DNA of 64,000 nucleotides, from NCBI GenBank assembly GCA_976551045.1, contig CDPCPM010000029.1, positions 13,888,001-13,952,000 of the forward strand, read 5' to 3'. The notes beneath the pieces were generated by a model, which ran no database searches, was not told where the DNA came from, and saw only the letters and a list, made by a program, of their open reading frames with translations. This DNA is from Glaucostegus cemiculus (lineage: Eukaryota). Position numbers and translations under genes: made by a program. Below, one piece after another: positions 26,585 through 40,003 of the stretch; within the stretch, counting starts at the first letter, position 1, and each line of letters opens with the position of its first letter.

Positions 26585-27968
26585 CTAAACCATGACCTCT
26601 ACCACTGAGAAAGACAAGCCTTTGGGTACATGGGAGCACTGCCATCAGCAGTTTCCCCCTAAGGTGCATTCCATCAGGACCTGTAAACCAATTTACATTC
26701 ACTCATTGTCACTGGGTCTAACTCCTGGAACTAAAGTCAGCAATGGCTATATCCAAAAAAAATAATTAACATGTAGTCTGCTTCAAAGAATCAACATGTG
26801 GTTCATTGGAAACTTTCTTTCAACGTGGACAGTGGGACCCATTTTAGAAACATTCTTCTTTTTGAAATTACTTTGTTGCATGAATACACTGAAAATTGGG
26901 TATTCTGGTGCACTGGTACAAATGACTTGATGCCAGTTTTGTCTCAGAATTCCTTTACAAGTTGGGGTCCTGTTGGAAATGGCTTTCTGTGTAAAGACGA
27001 GGCATGGTCTCTGGCATCCGTAGTGTGTGTGATGCATCGCCCTCTCGTGATTAATCATATTCCATCACCAGAAATGTCTGGCAATATGTTTGCTATGTCT
27101 CTTCAGCTCAGAGTCAGGTTTATAGGAGAAGTGGTCAGCTGAAGTCTGTGTTCAAATCCAACCCTAGTTGACAGGGTAAGGTTTCTCTGTATTTTGGCTT
27201 GTTTGGGAAGTTTCAACCCAGTTTCTAATTGACAACTCTAGTTCAGAGGGTGAAAGGTTATTTGTAAGTGGAGCAGGGAGGGGAGGGAGGAAACATTATT
27301 GTACTACTGCAATAGGTGGTGTTCTTCTTAATTTGGTTTATCTCCAAAGAGAAGTAGCTTTACATTGGATTTAGTTGTGCTATACCTTAGCTGAGAATGT
27401 CTGATGCTGACGATGGATCACTGACATAGGGAACTATTTTAATTCCTATCATCAGACACCATAGTGTGCAAGTATTTAAAGAGTCAGCCTGTGTACTATG
27501 ATAACAGAGGAATTTAAAAGTTAAATTAAAAATATTTTGTGACAATCGCTGAGGTTCCAATCAAAAACACATGTTTAATAAGTTCTTAAGCTTGTGCTGT
27601 TTGTACACTTAGTGGCAGATTTAGCTCCGCATTTGGTACAATTCAATAATTCTGCAGTTCTTTTACGTGTTTCTTGTAATGAAGTGTCCAATACAAAACT
27701 CAACATACAAGAGGTAAACCTAACAAAATGATATTCCCAAAGTAACCCCAAAAGCAATGTTCACTATTTTTGCACAATTCCACAGGAAGGGAGTTCCAGC
27801 TGATACCAGACCTCCATTTGGATTTGCTTCACATGTAGTGGACTGAGGGCAGATGTTTCCCCTATGAATATATTCCATCTTATTAAATGTCATTGTAATT
27901 TGCTGATATCAATAAAATTGTATTAGTTATTCACATTCCTGCTAATAGTTCTTCTTTCTCATCTACAG

Positions 27969-28039
27969 CAAGTAACTGGCAGAAGTTTTGGTGATAAAGA
28001 CTTTCGAACAGGCCTGGAAAATGGAATTTTACTTTGCGA
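27969..28039 (+). CDS. LIMCH1: LIMCH1 coding exon (CH domain; equivalent to human exon 2), 71 nt, phase 0 to 2
   Basis: Acceptor ttcttctttctcatctacAG; translates [23 protein letters not shown]+GA; donor GTAAGT. The peptide matches the LIMCH1 CH domain as I recall it (paralogue LMO7 has ...KDFRASLENGVLLCD). Confidence 0.93.
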
Positions 28040-28066
28040 GTAAGTAATTAACTCTTCTTTATCGAG

Positions 28067-28328
28067 AAATTTTTAAAAATTTTTTAAAATTTTATTTACA
28101 GCGTGGTAACAGGCGCTTTCGGCCCAACAAGTCCGTGCCGCCCATTTTAAACCCCCAGATTAACCTACCCATACGTATTCAGAATGTGGGAGGAAACCAG
28201 AGCACCCGGAGGAAACCCACGCAGACACGGGAGAACGTACAAACTCCTTACAGTCAGTGACGGGAATCAAACCCGGATCACTGGCGCTGTAACAGCGTCA
28301 CGCTAACCATTACGCTATCGTGCCGCCC
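28067..28328 (-). mobile_element. Full-length V-SINE, CR1-type tail, antisense, ~30 nt after the exon donor
   Basis: Reverse complement aligns end to end with 26328-26584. Confidence 0.9.
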
Positions 28329-29714
28329 ATTCATTCATTCAAATTCATTCAGATTGAAATCATTCAAGAAAAACAACCAAATTAACTAAATGAGGAGTAC
28401 TATTCTCATTTGATATTGATACTTATTTAGCTGTTTCGCTGTTTTAACTAGGGTCAGAGTTCCCCCAAAATTTGGAGCTTTGCATGATGTTTATATATTG
28501 GTCCCAAAGTTTACAGAAAATGGAACATTTTTTTATGGTCTCGTGTAACTTAAATTATTACCCATTTTTAAATTAAACTTGGTGAACTCAGTTGTAGCCA
28601 AAGGATGAAGTAGCTCTTAGTTGACCTTTAGCACACTATGTGGTGATGGTGTTTTCGAGTAGAAGTCACCTTGTATAAATTAATTGCTGGCTGTGGAATT
28701 TACAGCCTGAGTTTACCATGTTTCAGAGTCTATAACAAATAAAATCTTTGTACTGGGAGAGCCCGTATAGTTTGCCCTCTGTTTCTATTGTAGCAAAATG
28801 CTGCTTTCCTAATGGTACTGGTACCTGCAAAATAGCAGAAGAAATGATTCTGTACCTGGTCACCAGCTGTTACATACCATTATGCCTGAATTTAAATTAT
28901 ATTTGCATTGATGTTAACTATATAGATAGTGATACTAGAACACTAATCAGAACATTATGCTAGTTGAACTGACTTAGGGAGTCGGTAATGCAGGTATGTG
29001 TGAGTTGGGTCAACAAGCAGGAAGAATAATTATTCTGAAACCTCAGATTATTAACTAATCCTGCAATTTCCTGACATCTGGTAGATATGTGAAGCCGCAA
29101 ACAGAATCTGGCAAATTAACCAACTGGATTGTTTGTTTTGTTTTTAAACATTGTAAGCACAGATTCCAAACCAATAGCTTATCATCAAAATACTTTCAAA
29201 ATCTGTCAACAGATTCTGTTATTCTAATGATGAAATGGATTGCAGTTTGAAGAATTAGTGTTAAGAGAAGAAAACAAGCTAATCTGTAACAGATGAATTA
29301 CTCTATTGCCTTGGGGCCAATCAATGCAAAGTAAGGCTTCTGTGAACCTTTGTTCTTTGCATTTCTGCAGTAGGCTAGAAAAACCTCGAGTGCTGATGTA
29401 AGTTTGCAAACACGCAATGCTTATTTTATAAAGAAATTGGCCTGATTTCTCCTCTTCCCTCTGTAGGATGGATAGGGCAGGAATTTTAGCTACCGCCCTG
29501 ACCCTGTCATGACCCTGACTTGATTTCCTTAGTGTAAGATCAGTAAATGTGCAGGGCAGTCTCCTGCCAGAACAGAATTTCTCCCACTGGCCGTAAGGAA
29601 AATAGTCAAAGTGCTACAGCAAGGCATAGGTGTACCAGAGGATTCCCCTCTATCTTGATTTTCCACCTGGAGATCAACGTAGCTTTTCAGACCTTGTTTT
29701 CTTCAATACTAGAG

Positions 29715-29973
29715 GTAACACCAAAGGATGCTAGGCATTCAGAAACACACCAGCACTTTAAATGACCGCTGCCAGTTCGCTCATTTTAAGACTATTTATT
29801 TAAGTTGCATAATTTAGTTTAATTTTTATGGTTCTAATGTTTTTCAGTGTCTTTCTGTCTGTGTGTCTCTTCTGTTTAATATTTAATGTGAACGTGCACC
29901 TGTGGAGTACGGTATCTCACTCCTATGCATACTGTGTGTGTATATGGTTGTGACAATAAAACTGATTCTGATT
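29715..29973 (+). mobile_element. Rex1/Babar-type 3' UTR fragment
   Basis: gatgctagg...ccagcactttaaatg...cggtatctcactcctatgcatact...gtgacaataaaactgattctgatt, homologous to 4725-5024. Confidence 0.85.
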
Positions 29974-29983
29974 AGGTCAGTAC

Positions 29984-32610
29984 ATAGAATGTAAGACATA
30001 GAACACTACAGCACAGTACAGGCCCTTTGGTCCACAATGTTCTGCTAACATTTTATGTGCTCTAATGTCTATCTAACCCTTCCCTCCCAAATGTTAACCC
30101 TTTCCTCCCATTTCACTGTCATTCATGTGGCTATCTAAGAGTCTCTTTGTCATGGTTCTGAGTGCTGGGTCTCGATTTGGCTCCATTGATGGTGCCTTGT
30201 TGTGCAGCACATGGGGTCCATGCACAACTAATCGCATAACAACACACACCTGAGCCCCATCAGGAGACTAGCATAAGAGCCCTGATTTCACTAGCACTAG
30301 TTACCAGAGTATTGGTCAACCTTTGGGTGTACTTTGTCTACTGGCTGCTTAGAGTTGTCAACTCTAGAGCAGCCCCGGTTTCACTGTTTCTCTTAGGATA
30401 TCCAGTTTTTGAGTTGGGACCCCACCTCAGAGCCCTGAGGCAAGATTCCTTCAGGTTGCTGCCTGCGTTTGGTTCTGAGGAAGCATCTCGACTCCATGCA
30501 TATGGAGGAATGTGGGATAGAGGGCTATCTGGGAGGAAAGAGTTAAAGTGTGAGGTTTGATGGACAGCACAACACGGTGGGCTGAAGGGCCTGTATTGTT
30601 CTATGGTACCAGTGCGCCGCATTTGGGTTCTCTGCGAGATCGCTCTTCGCTCAAAGTTGTGACACTCTTAAATATCCCTAATATATCTGCCCCCACCAAC
30701 CTCTGCCAGCAGTGCGTTCCACGCACCCACCACCCTCTGTGTAAAAAAAACCACCCCTGACATCTCCCTTCTACGTTCCTCCAATCACATTAAAATTATG
30801 TCCCTTTGTGTTAGCCACTGTCGCCCTGAGAAAAGTCTCTGACTGTCCACTCGATCTATGTCCCTTATCATCTTGTAGACCTCATCAAGTCACCTCTCAT
30901 CCTCCTCCTCTCCAAAGAGAAAAGCCCTAGCTTGCTCAATCTATCTTCATAAGACATGCTCTCCAATCCATGCAGCATCCTGGTAAATCTCCTCTGCGCC
31001 CTCTCTAAAGCTTCCACATCCTTCCTATAATGAGGCGAACAGAACTGAACACAATACTCCACATGTGGTCTAATCAGAGTTCTCTAGTGGCTGTTGAACT
31101 CAATACCCCGTCTAATGAAGGCCAACACACCATATGTCTTCTTAACAACCCTATCGACCTGAATGGCAACCTTGAGGGATCTGTGGATGTGGACCCCAAG
31201 ATTCCTCCACACTGCTAAGAGTCCTGCCATTAACCTTGTATTCTGCCTTCAAATTTGCTCTTCCAATGTGTATCACTTCACACTTTTCCACGTTGAACTC
31301 CATCTGCCACATCTCAGCTCAGCTCTGCATCCTATAAATGTCCTGTTGTAATCTACAGCAACCTTCTACACTATCCACAACACCACTGACCTTTGTGTCA
31401 TCAGCAAACTTACTAACCCACCCTTCCACATCCTCATCAAAGTCATTTATAAAAATTACAAAGAGCAGGTGTCCCAGAACAGATCCTTGCAGAACACCAC
31501 TGGTCACTGACCTCCAGACAGAATACACTCCATCTACCATCATCCTCTGTCTTCTATGGGTGAGCCGATTCTGAATCCACACAGCCAGGATTCCCTGGAT
31601 TCCGTGCCTCCTCACTTTCTGAATGAGCCTTCCATGTGGAACCTTATCAAACACCTGACTAAAATCCATGTAAACCACATTCACTATCTACCTTCATCAA
31701 TGGGATTTGTCACATCCTCAAAGAATTCAATCAAGCTCATGAGGCACGACCTGCCCCTCACAAAGCCATGCTGACTGTCCCTAATCAGCCTATGCTTCTC
31801 CAAATGCCCATAAATCCTGTCCCTAAGAATCTTCCTCAGTAATTTACCCACCACTGAAGTAAGACTCATTGGTCTGTAATTCCCAGGGTTATCCCTACTC
31901 CCTTTCTTAAACAAAGGAACAACATTTGCCAACCTCCAATCATCTGGCACTATTGCTGTGGCCAATGAGGACACAAAGATCATCGTCAAAGGCTCAGTAA
32001 TCTCTTCCCTTGCTTCTCGTAATAACCTTGGATATACCTCGTCCAGCCCCGGTGACTTATCTATCCTTATGTTTTTAAAAGGTTCCAGCACATCCTCTTT
32101 TCTCGTGTCACCGAGCCCTAGTGTATCAGCCTGTTATACGTCATCCTCACAAACATCAAGGTCTCTCACTAGTGAATACTGAAGCAAAGTATTCATTGAG
32201 GAACTCTCCTACCTCCTCCAACTCCAGGCACATTTTCCTCTTTTATCCCTGATCGGTCCTACCCTCACTCTAGTCATCATCCTATTCTTCACATACATGT
32301 AGAACGTCTTGGTGTTTCCCCTAATCCTACTCGCCAAGGCCTTTTCATGCCCCCTTTTAGCTCTCCTTAGTCCATTCTTGAGCTCCCTCCTGGCTACCTT
32401 GTAACTCTCCAGAGCCCTGTCTGATCCATACTTTCTAAATCTTAGATGCTTTTTTCTTCCTCTTGACACGATATTCTATGTCTCCTGTCAACCACGGTTC
32501 CTTCACTCTACCATTGTTACCCTGCCTCAATGTGACAAACCTATCCATAACCCCATGGAAGTACTCCCTAAACAACCTCCACATTTCCATTGTGCACTTC
32601 CCCAAAGTAT
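29984..32610 (-). mobile_element. CR1 LINE, 5'-truncated, interrupted by a solo LTR
   Basis: ORF pieces DKSPGLDEVYPRLL, PGNYRPMSLTSVVGK, SQHGF, KFADDTK, EYCVQFCSPHY; tail at 29984-30147 continues at 30665. Confidence 0.92.
30148..30664. mobile_element. Solo LTR (Gypsy-like), 517 bp
   Basis: Termini TGTCA...TGACA; 5-bp target-site duplication CTCTT at 30143-30147 and 30665-30669; removing it restores the CR1 tail. Confidence 0.8.
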
Positions 32611-32731
32611 TTCCACTTTATGGACCAGCAGGGAGGAAATACACCATATATGCCCCACTCACTAGTTCTTGGTGAGGTCCAGCCTAACCAGCAAAGACTG
32701 AAAGAATGAAAAATAAAAGTACTTGCTTTTA

Positions 32732-32995
32732 GGGGCAGGCACGGTGATGTGGCAGTTATCATTACAGTGCCAGCGACCTGGGTTCAATTCCAGCTGCTGT
32801 CTGTAAGGAGTTTATACATTCTCCCCATGACTGTATGGGTTTCCTCTGGGTGCTCCGGATGTACAGGTTAGGAAGTTGTGGGCATGCTGTGTTGGTACTG
32901 GAAGCATGGCAACACTTGCGGGCTGCCCCCAGAACACTCTACGCAAAAAGATGCATTTCACTGTGTGTTTTGATGTACATGTGACTAATGAAGAT
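32732..32995 (+). mobile_element. V-SINE, second subfamily (Rex1/Babar-like tail)
   Basis: tRNA head and V-domain (partly deleted); tail gggctgcccccagaacactctacgcaaaaagatgcatttcactgtgtgttttgatgtacatgtgactaat. Confidence 0.85.
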
Positions 32996-33214
32996 CGTCC
33001 CCTGTCCTGAGTTCTTGCAACAGAGGAAGATTGGAAGACAAGGAAATGAAGCAACTTGCTTGGCTTTTCTTTGTCTGTAATTTACATGGGGATGGGCAGC
33101 CAGTGGCTGTTCTGGTGTGGGTGCCAGGAAGGAACATGAAGGTCTGGGCAGGAGTGCCTATGTCTCTGTTTATTAACTGTGGATCTATTGGCAGTCTTAC
33201 TGCATCTTGGTTCA

Positions 33215-33600
33215 ATCCCCACTCAAAACCTGAGAGCATTTAGTTTAACACTCCATTGCAGTGCTGAGAGGGTGCTAAAATATCAGAGGTTCCCACTTTT
33301 CAGATGAGATGTTAAACCAAGGTTCCAAGCAGGTAGCCATCAAATATTACATAGCACAATTTCAAAGAAATTATCCCAAGTGTCTTGCCTGATGTTTATC
33401 CGGCATTCAACATTACTAAAACAGGCCATCTACTCTTTATTGCACAGCTTTTTACGTGAGGTTGCTTTCTGCAAATTAGCTGCCTTGTTTCCTTAGATTA
33501 CAGCCCTGAGTACACATAAAGTACAGTGCTTTTGGTTTAAAGTGTGTTGTGACATGCTGAAAAAGACATAAAGACTCTATTATGTATGAAATTATTTTTT
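33215..33600 (+). mobile_element. Deu-domain SINE (SacSINE1/AmnSINE1-related), diverged
   Basis: acactccattgcagtgctgagagggtgct...ttttcagatgagatgttaaaccaagg...tgcaaattagctgcc matches the Deu-domain consensus as I recall it. Confidence 0.7.
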
Positions 33601-35299
33601 TCTTTGACCTAATTTCTCAATCTCCCCACAGTTATCTCCCTCAGCTAGGGTGGGAGGTGGAGGAAAACTTGCAAACAGTAGTGCAAATGTTTAAAATTTG
33701 TCATCAGTGTGATTTTTGACTACATTGATTTGAATATAATAGTCGTTGTTCACACACAGAAGAATCAACTTTAATTAATGACAAAAGTTTAAACTGAATG
33801 CTATTTACTGTCTAAACCTGGAATCATAGTCAGACAACTGTTCACTGCATACTCGCAGCTTACTCTGAACCATGCTCACAATGAAGACTTTACCTTTTCT
33901 GGCACCTTCCAGAAACCATTATTGTCTTCCAGTGCCTGGTTATCCAAATCTAACACTTCTCACAGATGACGTAGGATTGCAATAGATGTCTCCCTAAGTA
34001 CCCGGGTATCAGCATCCAACACCTCATGCATCCATACTTCACAGGGGGCGTCTTCTTAGCTACACTTCTCAGAGGAGCAGTGCCAACATAGGCTCTGCTT
34101 TCATGTGAGAGTCCTCAGATGCACATGTGACCTCATAACACCTCAAGTACAGGATCAGACATGTACCTGTGCTACTTTTAACTTTTTGAAAGTTTTTTCG
34201 GCTCAGAATCATTTCAGCTCACCTCTGCTGGAAAACGTTGAATCTCACAGTTTGCTGACCACTACTCTCTGCAAAACTGAACCCTAACTACTTATCTATC
34301 ACCCTATCAGAGCAAACAGAGTAGGCCTGGGCATTTGTCCACATTTCAGGCTTGTTCAAGATGCACTCATGTTCTTACTGAAAGTTCCCTGGCAACTTCC
34401 TGGCAGGAGCACTAGGCTATAGTGCAGGAGAGTTTCTGTCGGGGTAGACCACAATCTTGTATTAGAAGGGGCTGCCATTTTTCAATGGTGTGCCCCTGAG
34501 GCATATAAGTATCCTGTCCTTTACTCTCCTGTCCTCTATCCTGGCCCCCTTGAACAGAGGACATCCTTCCTGTGGGTGATGTGATTCACTAACCTCTCAA
34601 GGTCCCTGTCGCCAAATCTAAATCACTTGGAAATCACTAGGTCACTCTCTAATGGCTGAATGAATGATGGTGGTGCTGTGTGCTTGTACTCTCAGCTGCA
34701 TGTCTGAGTGTTGGCAGCAGGGAGAAGTTCAACAGCTTATGCCTGCTGTTCGTGAAACAGAGTGGTGTGAAAAAAATCTGTGCTTTGATTAATACTAGCA
34801 TATTTCTTGATCTTTTAAAGCTATTTTAAAACAGTATTAAGAAGTCATGCAGTGATGATTCAGTGCTTAAAAAATGACTCAGATGAAGCTCTAAGCCTGT
34901 ATATTGCCTTGTTTCTGTTTATTAACATAATTCCTTTGGCTGTCACAGCTTTACTCCAGATGTGACCTGATCAGGCCTTTGTATGGCTGTTGCTAAATTA
35001 CTCTCCCACTATATTCCAGACCTCTGTTTATAAAGACTAATATCCCACTCACATCTCTGGTCATTTTTAATACCTGACTGCTACATTTTAGTGGTCTGCA
35101 TAAATGAATCTGCAGAACTCTCTGTACCGCCTGTTCCTAGCTTTAATTCATTTAAATAATGCACCAATCTATCTTTTTGATTTCAACAAAGGTATTAATG
35201 GAGGTGGATAAACAGTTCTTCATGAGTTTATATATTTCCTTCAATGTTATGAATTCTTAGTGAGTTAATCTTCCATTCTTGGCTAAAGTACAGATAAAA

Positions 35300-35720
35300 T
35301 TACACCGTTGGTAAATCTAATGTCAGTGGGTATCAAGGGGAAAACATTCCAGTGGCTGGAACTATATCTTGCACAAAGGTCAACCAACGCAGTCCCAGGA
35401 TACCACTGCAGGAGTTCCTCAAAGCAGTTCCTAGATCCAAGCATCTTCAGCTCCTTAATTAACAGCCTTTCTTCTATCAAAAGGTCTGGGGTGGAGATAT
35501 TGGCTGACAATTGCACAATGTTCAATTCCATTCACAAATCCTCAGATCATGCAGCATTCCACACTTGCATGTAACAAGATCAGGCATGGACTGACAAGTA
35601 CCAAGTAGACATTCGTGCCACACAGTGTCAGGCAAAGACCATGACCAATGAGAGAGAATCTAACCACCTACTCTTGATATTTAATGGCATTACTATCACT
35701 GTGTCCACTGTATCCTGTTC
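35300..35720 (+). mobile_element. Old CR1-clade RT fragment
   Basis: SVGIKGKTFQWLELYLAQR...ILADNCTMF. Confidence 0.7.
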
Positions 35721-38700
35721 TGTCATTCAGAAATGCAATTTTCTTTTATACTTAGGAACTAAGAAGCACAAATTTATTTTTCCAAGTAAAAAGATTACAA
35801 TGAGTAAATAGATAATATTTAATGCTGCAAAGTCTCGTAAACACTATGGTGCCAAAATAAAATTCCAGGAAGTCTGCTTTACAGTTCCTTCAATAGTAAC
35901 TCACTGGTACACAAGACTTAGAAAACCTTTGTACCCTCCACCATTTTCACTGCACATCCTTCCTCACAACCCAGTCTGGTATTGCAGTCAGTATGCCCAA
36001 TGCATTACTGTTAGAAAGGTTAAAATCTAAATAATTTAGGGTGCAGAATAATAAACAGCTGAATGTAATTAGGATTCAGTCTCATGTACATGGAGAAATT
36101 TATAATATTCTTGAGTTTTGCCTTTATGGTTTACAATGTCATTCAATGAATTACAACTTTGTAGCTCACAGCCAGCTTTATGTTATCATTGATTTAATTA
36201 CTAATTGATTGTGTACATTATTAATAGGACTGCGTGATGTGCATTATATATCGCATACTGATTTAGTAGAACAAAGGGATATTATTCTTTGATGTGAAGT
36301 ATAACTTTTGGGAGCCAATGGTGCATGATAATTGTTTCCAGGCGCTGTTCAGCTTATTTGTTTATGTCATTATTCTCAAATGGTGCCTTACTGGCCTGAT
36401 TACAAGCTATAGCTCCATTGATTTGCCTTCGATTCTTGGCTGTGTGAAATGATGCAAAAATGATTTGATGAGGATGTGATTAATGAATGATCCATATTCG
36501 AGTAGTCACCCTCACATCTTGAAATTAAAGCTGAATTCATAAGGTATGATGTCAATAGGTATTTTTTTCTCTCTTAAAAGGCTGTTGATTCAAAGCATTT
36601 ACTTGGATATGGTTATTCAGTATCAAGTGATACATAGAGAAAGGAGAATGAGTGGAACTGAGATGCAGATCATCCAAGATTTAATGGAATGGACGGCTCG
36701 AGAGGCCGAGTGACCTGCTCATGTTCTATGCTGCTGAGATGCAGGACTTTGAAGAGGCAAAGATCATAGTGAGGCAGTTAGTGGGGATGTATCAGCACAT
36801 TGAAAGTAGACCAGTATGGTGCCCATATTCAGAACACATTGAAGACAAATGCAGACTCTTGGCTTTAATTGTATTCCAAGTAAATTAAGTAGAGAAATTA
36901 AAAACATTTCAGAATAACTGTAATGAAGCCATTGTTAAAATAGCCTTTTCAAAAATAATAGTGATGTTATCAGAATGTTTGTTGTTCCCTAACGAGGGCT
37001 GAGAGAAGTGGTGTTTAAAAAGTGAGTAAGCATGTGAAGAGCCTTAGCTAGAGCCCCAGTGGAGTAGCGTGTTAGTTTCAGCTTTCAAACATTGAGGAAA
37101 GTATTGTCCTTAGAAGCGGTACAGCATGGATTTACCAGAACTGTACAGGGGCAAATGGCTTAAGGTGTGAAGGTGTTTGGCATAAGTGTGGCTTGAGAAA
37201 TGATATATGTCAGCTGTTTAAAGCAGTAAAGGGAATTTAAAAAAAATTTCTGTGGTGGGAAATGCAGAATAAAGGAAGATGGTTATAAAAATACAGCTCA
37301 GTCATTTTTGGGGTGGAATTAACCACTTTGGAAACCTGGAATTCTTACCTAAAAAGGCAATGGAATCAGGCCAAATAGAATTTTCAGGATCATAGATTTT
37401 TGTCTGTGTGCTCTACACTAATTTTAACTTTGCTTTTAAGCAATGTGTCCTAGAAATTGGATAGCAACCAAATTAGGAGTAGGATCCTGGCGCTGCACAC
37501 ATCACACACACCTATTGACTTTGTGGTTGGATCATGGCCAGTTTGTACACTGCTATCATCAGCTGAAGGGGCCAGGTATGGCCCCAGAGGCAGCTCCCTG
37601 ATCAGGGAAACGTGTTAATTGTAGAGTGTGGAGGAGCAGAGGAAATTGTGATGGATCTAATTGTGTTTGGCTTAGTCTACAAGTTTAATTAATAGGAACA
37701 AAAGAGATTGTTTTTGATAAAAGTTTTTAAATTTGGAATGCTTTGGAAAATGTGGTCAACACTTTGATATAGCACATGGTAAATTGATTAACTCACAAAG
37801 TTAGTTATATAGTGTAATTCATGCCTAAGGGAGCGGGACCAAATAGTCAGCATTTGTGGTATTAGGCTAGCTGGTTAGGATCACTCAGGATTCATGTTTG
37901 TCTTGTTGCTTCCAGCTTCCACTATTGGCAGCTGCATAGGAATGATTATCACAGTGCTCAGAGGCATTTGAGGTCAAATGCCTGTTTATGACATTGTGTT
38001 GAACACATCCTTTAGGATTTCGGAATAATCATCTCTCTTCAATGTTAAAAAGTTGTTTATTCTTTTCTGTAGCTATAAGGAAGATGGAATCAATTTCAAT
38101 AGGCTGATAGAATGAAATAAACCTGGAAGAGGTTTTAAGTATTACTAACACAAAACATGTTTTTGTTTGTACTGTCTAAAATTTACCATTTGTCATTATG
38201 ACATAGAAGACTCATGGAGCAACCCATACTCCACACAGACCACATCCAAGGTCAGGACTGTACCCAGTTCACTGGCGCTGTGAGGCAGCGGCTCTACTAG
38301 CTGTGGCACTGTGCCACCCCAGCTAATACCAATTGAATCTGAACTAATTCCTCCTTTCTCATTTTGCTTATGTATTTTCAGCCCGTTTGTCTTTAAAAGC
38401 TCTTTCCCCTTGGGAAAGCAATGAAACCAGCTTATCTGTCCTTAACTTTGTTTCCTTTGGCCTTTGATGTCTGCCTCCCTGACGTTGAAGGCTGAAAGTC
38501 AATGACCAACAGTTATATGACCTAGAAGTGAAAATAGAAAACGCTGGAAACACTTGGCAGGTCAGGCATTTGGCATTTTATTTCAGATTTCCAGCATCTG
38601 TAGGTTTTTTTTTTGTTTTCATGGGAAGTGAAATTAGTTTGTGTTGGTCTGAGTCAGTAATGAGAAACCTTATTATCATTTAGTATTACAATGACAATTT

Positions 38701-39733
38701 TATTCTTTAAGGATGCAGTATATGAAAAACCAAATGAATATGATGTGCCATATGCTTTTATAGTTGCTATCATTTGAGGATAATGCAGAAAGAATGTTGT
38801 TTTGCATTCGGCTAGTATGGGATTCAGTCTTGACACTGAGTGGTTTAATTTGCCTTTCATATAGTTTTTAGTGTGCTAGTTACTGGTCCACACTAAATTC
38901 CACTCCTGCTATTAAACACAGTCATTATTTTAAATAGGCAAATGGCTCCAGTAAAGAAAGTACAGAACAGAGTTTATTGCTGGCCAGGGCGTTGAAATTA
39001 GCACAGGAGGAAATGAAGCCCCTAAGCGTCAAAATGATGGTGATTAATTCTCAACACTGAATTCTCACCTTAAGCACATAGTCCACAAAAAACGATTAAT
39101 TAAATTAATTGATGATGATCAGCAAACTGGAAATCAGAGTTAAGTGTTTTCCTGTGGCCAGCTGCACTACAGTTTCAGATCTGACATTTTTTCTCAGTTA
39201 TTTTGAAGTGAAACACAGAATGTGATCCTGGGGGAGTTGCATCACAATTATCTCTGTACATTGGGATAGGTAAAGCACAGAGACTGGAAAACAGTTGAAT
39301 AATGACAATGGCTTGGATTTTTCAGTCTGCAGCAATGACACAGTGTTCATTGGTGCCCTTGAAGAAAGCTGCCTACAGATATTTGGCTGCCTCTGTGGCA
39401 TAGATTTCCCCCTTGTCGAACTGACTCTCGGTTCAATGCATTGTGTAAGGGATTTTGACATCCAGCACCTCTGATGATACCAAACTGAATGAACACTCAA
39501 ACAGAAGAATTCTCATAACCATCAAATAAGGAAGTAAATAGCACTGATTTAGAATAACTTGTTTGCACTCTTGTAGAAAGTTAAATAAAAATTGAGATAT
39601 TCACATTGAATTAAAGTAGAAGATGAATTGTTGTGACTTTTTAAGTAGTTTAAAATAATATTTATGACATTTTCTGATGTTAATTTCAAGGACTGGGACC
39701 TATAAACATATAATATAAACATATAAAATTAAG

Positions 39734-40003
39734 GTATCTTTATTGATAGTGTCACATGTACATCGAAACACATAGTGAAATTCATCTTTTGCGTAGAGTG
39801 TTCTGGGGGCAGCCCGCAAGTGTCTCCACGCTTCTGGCGCCAACATAGCATGCCCACAACTTCCTAACTTGTATGTCTTTGGAATGTGGGAGGAAACCGG
39901 AGCACCTGTAGGAAACCCACACAGACATGGGGAGAGTGTACAAACTCCTTACAGACAGCGGCTGGAATTGAACCCAGGTTGCTGGTGCTGTAATAGCCAC
40001 ACG
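39734..40003 (-). mobile_element. V-SINE, second subfamily
   Basis: Reverse complement of the 32732/50715 type. Confidence 0.88.
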
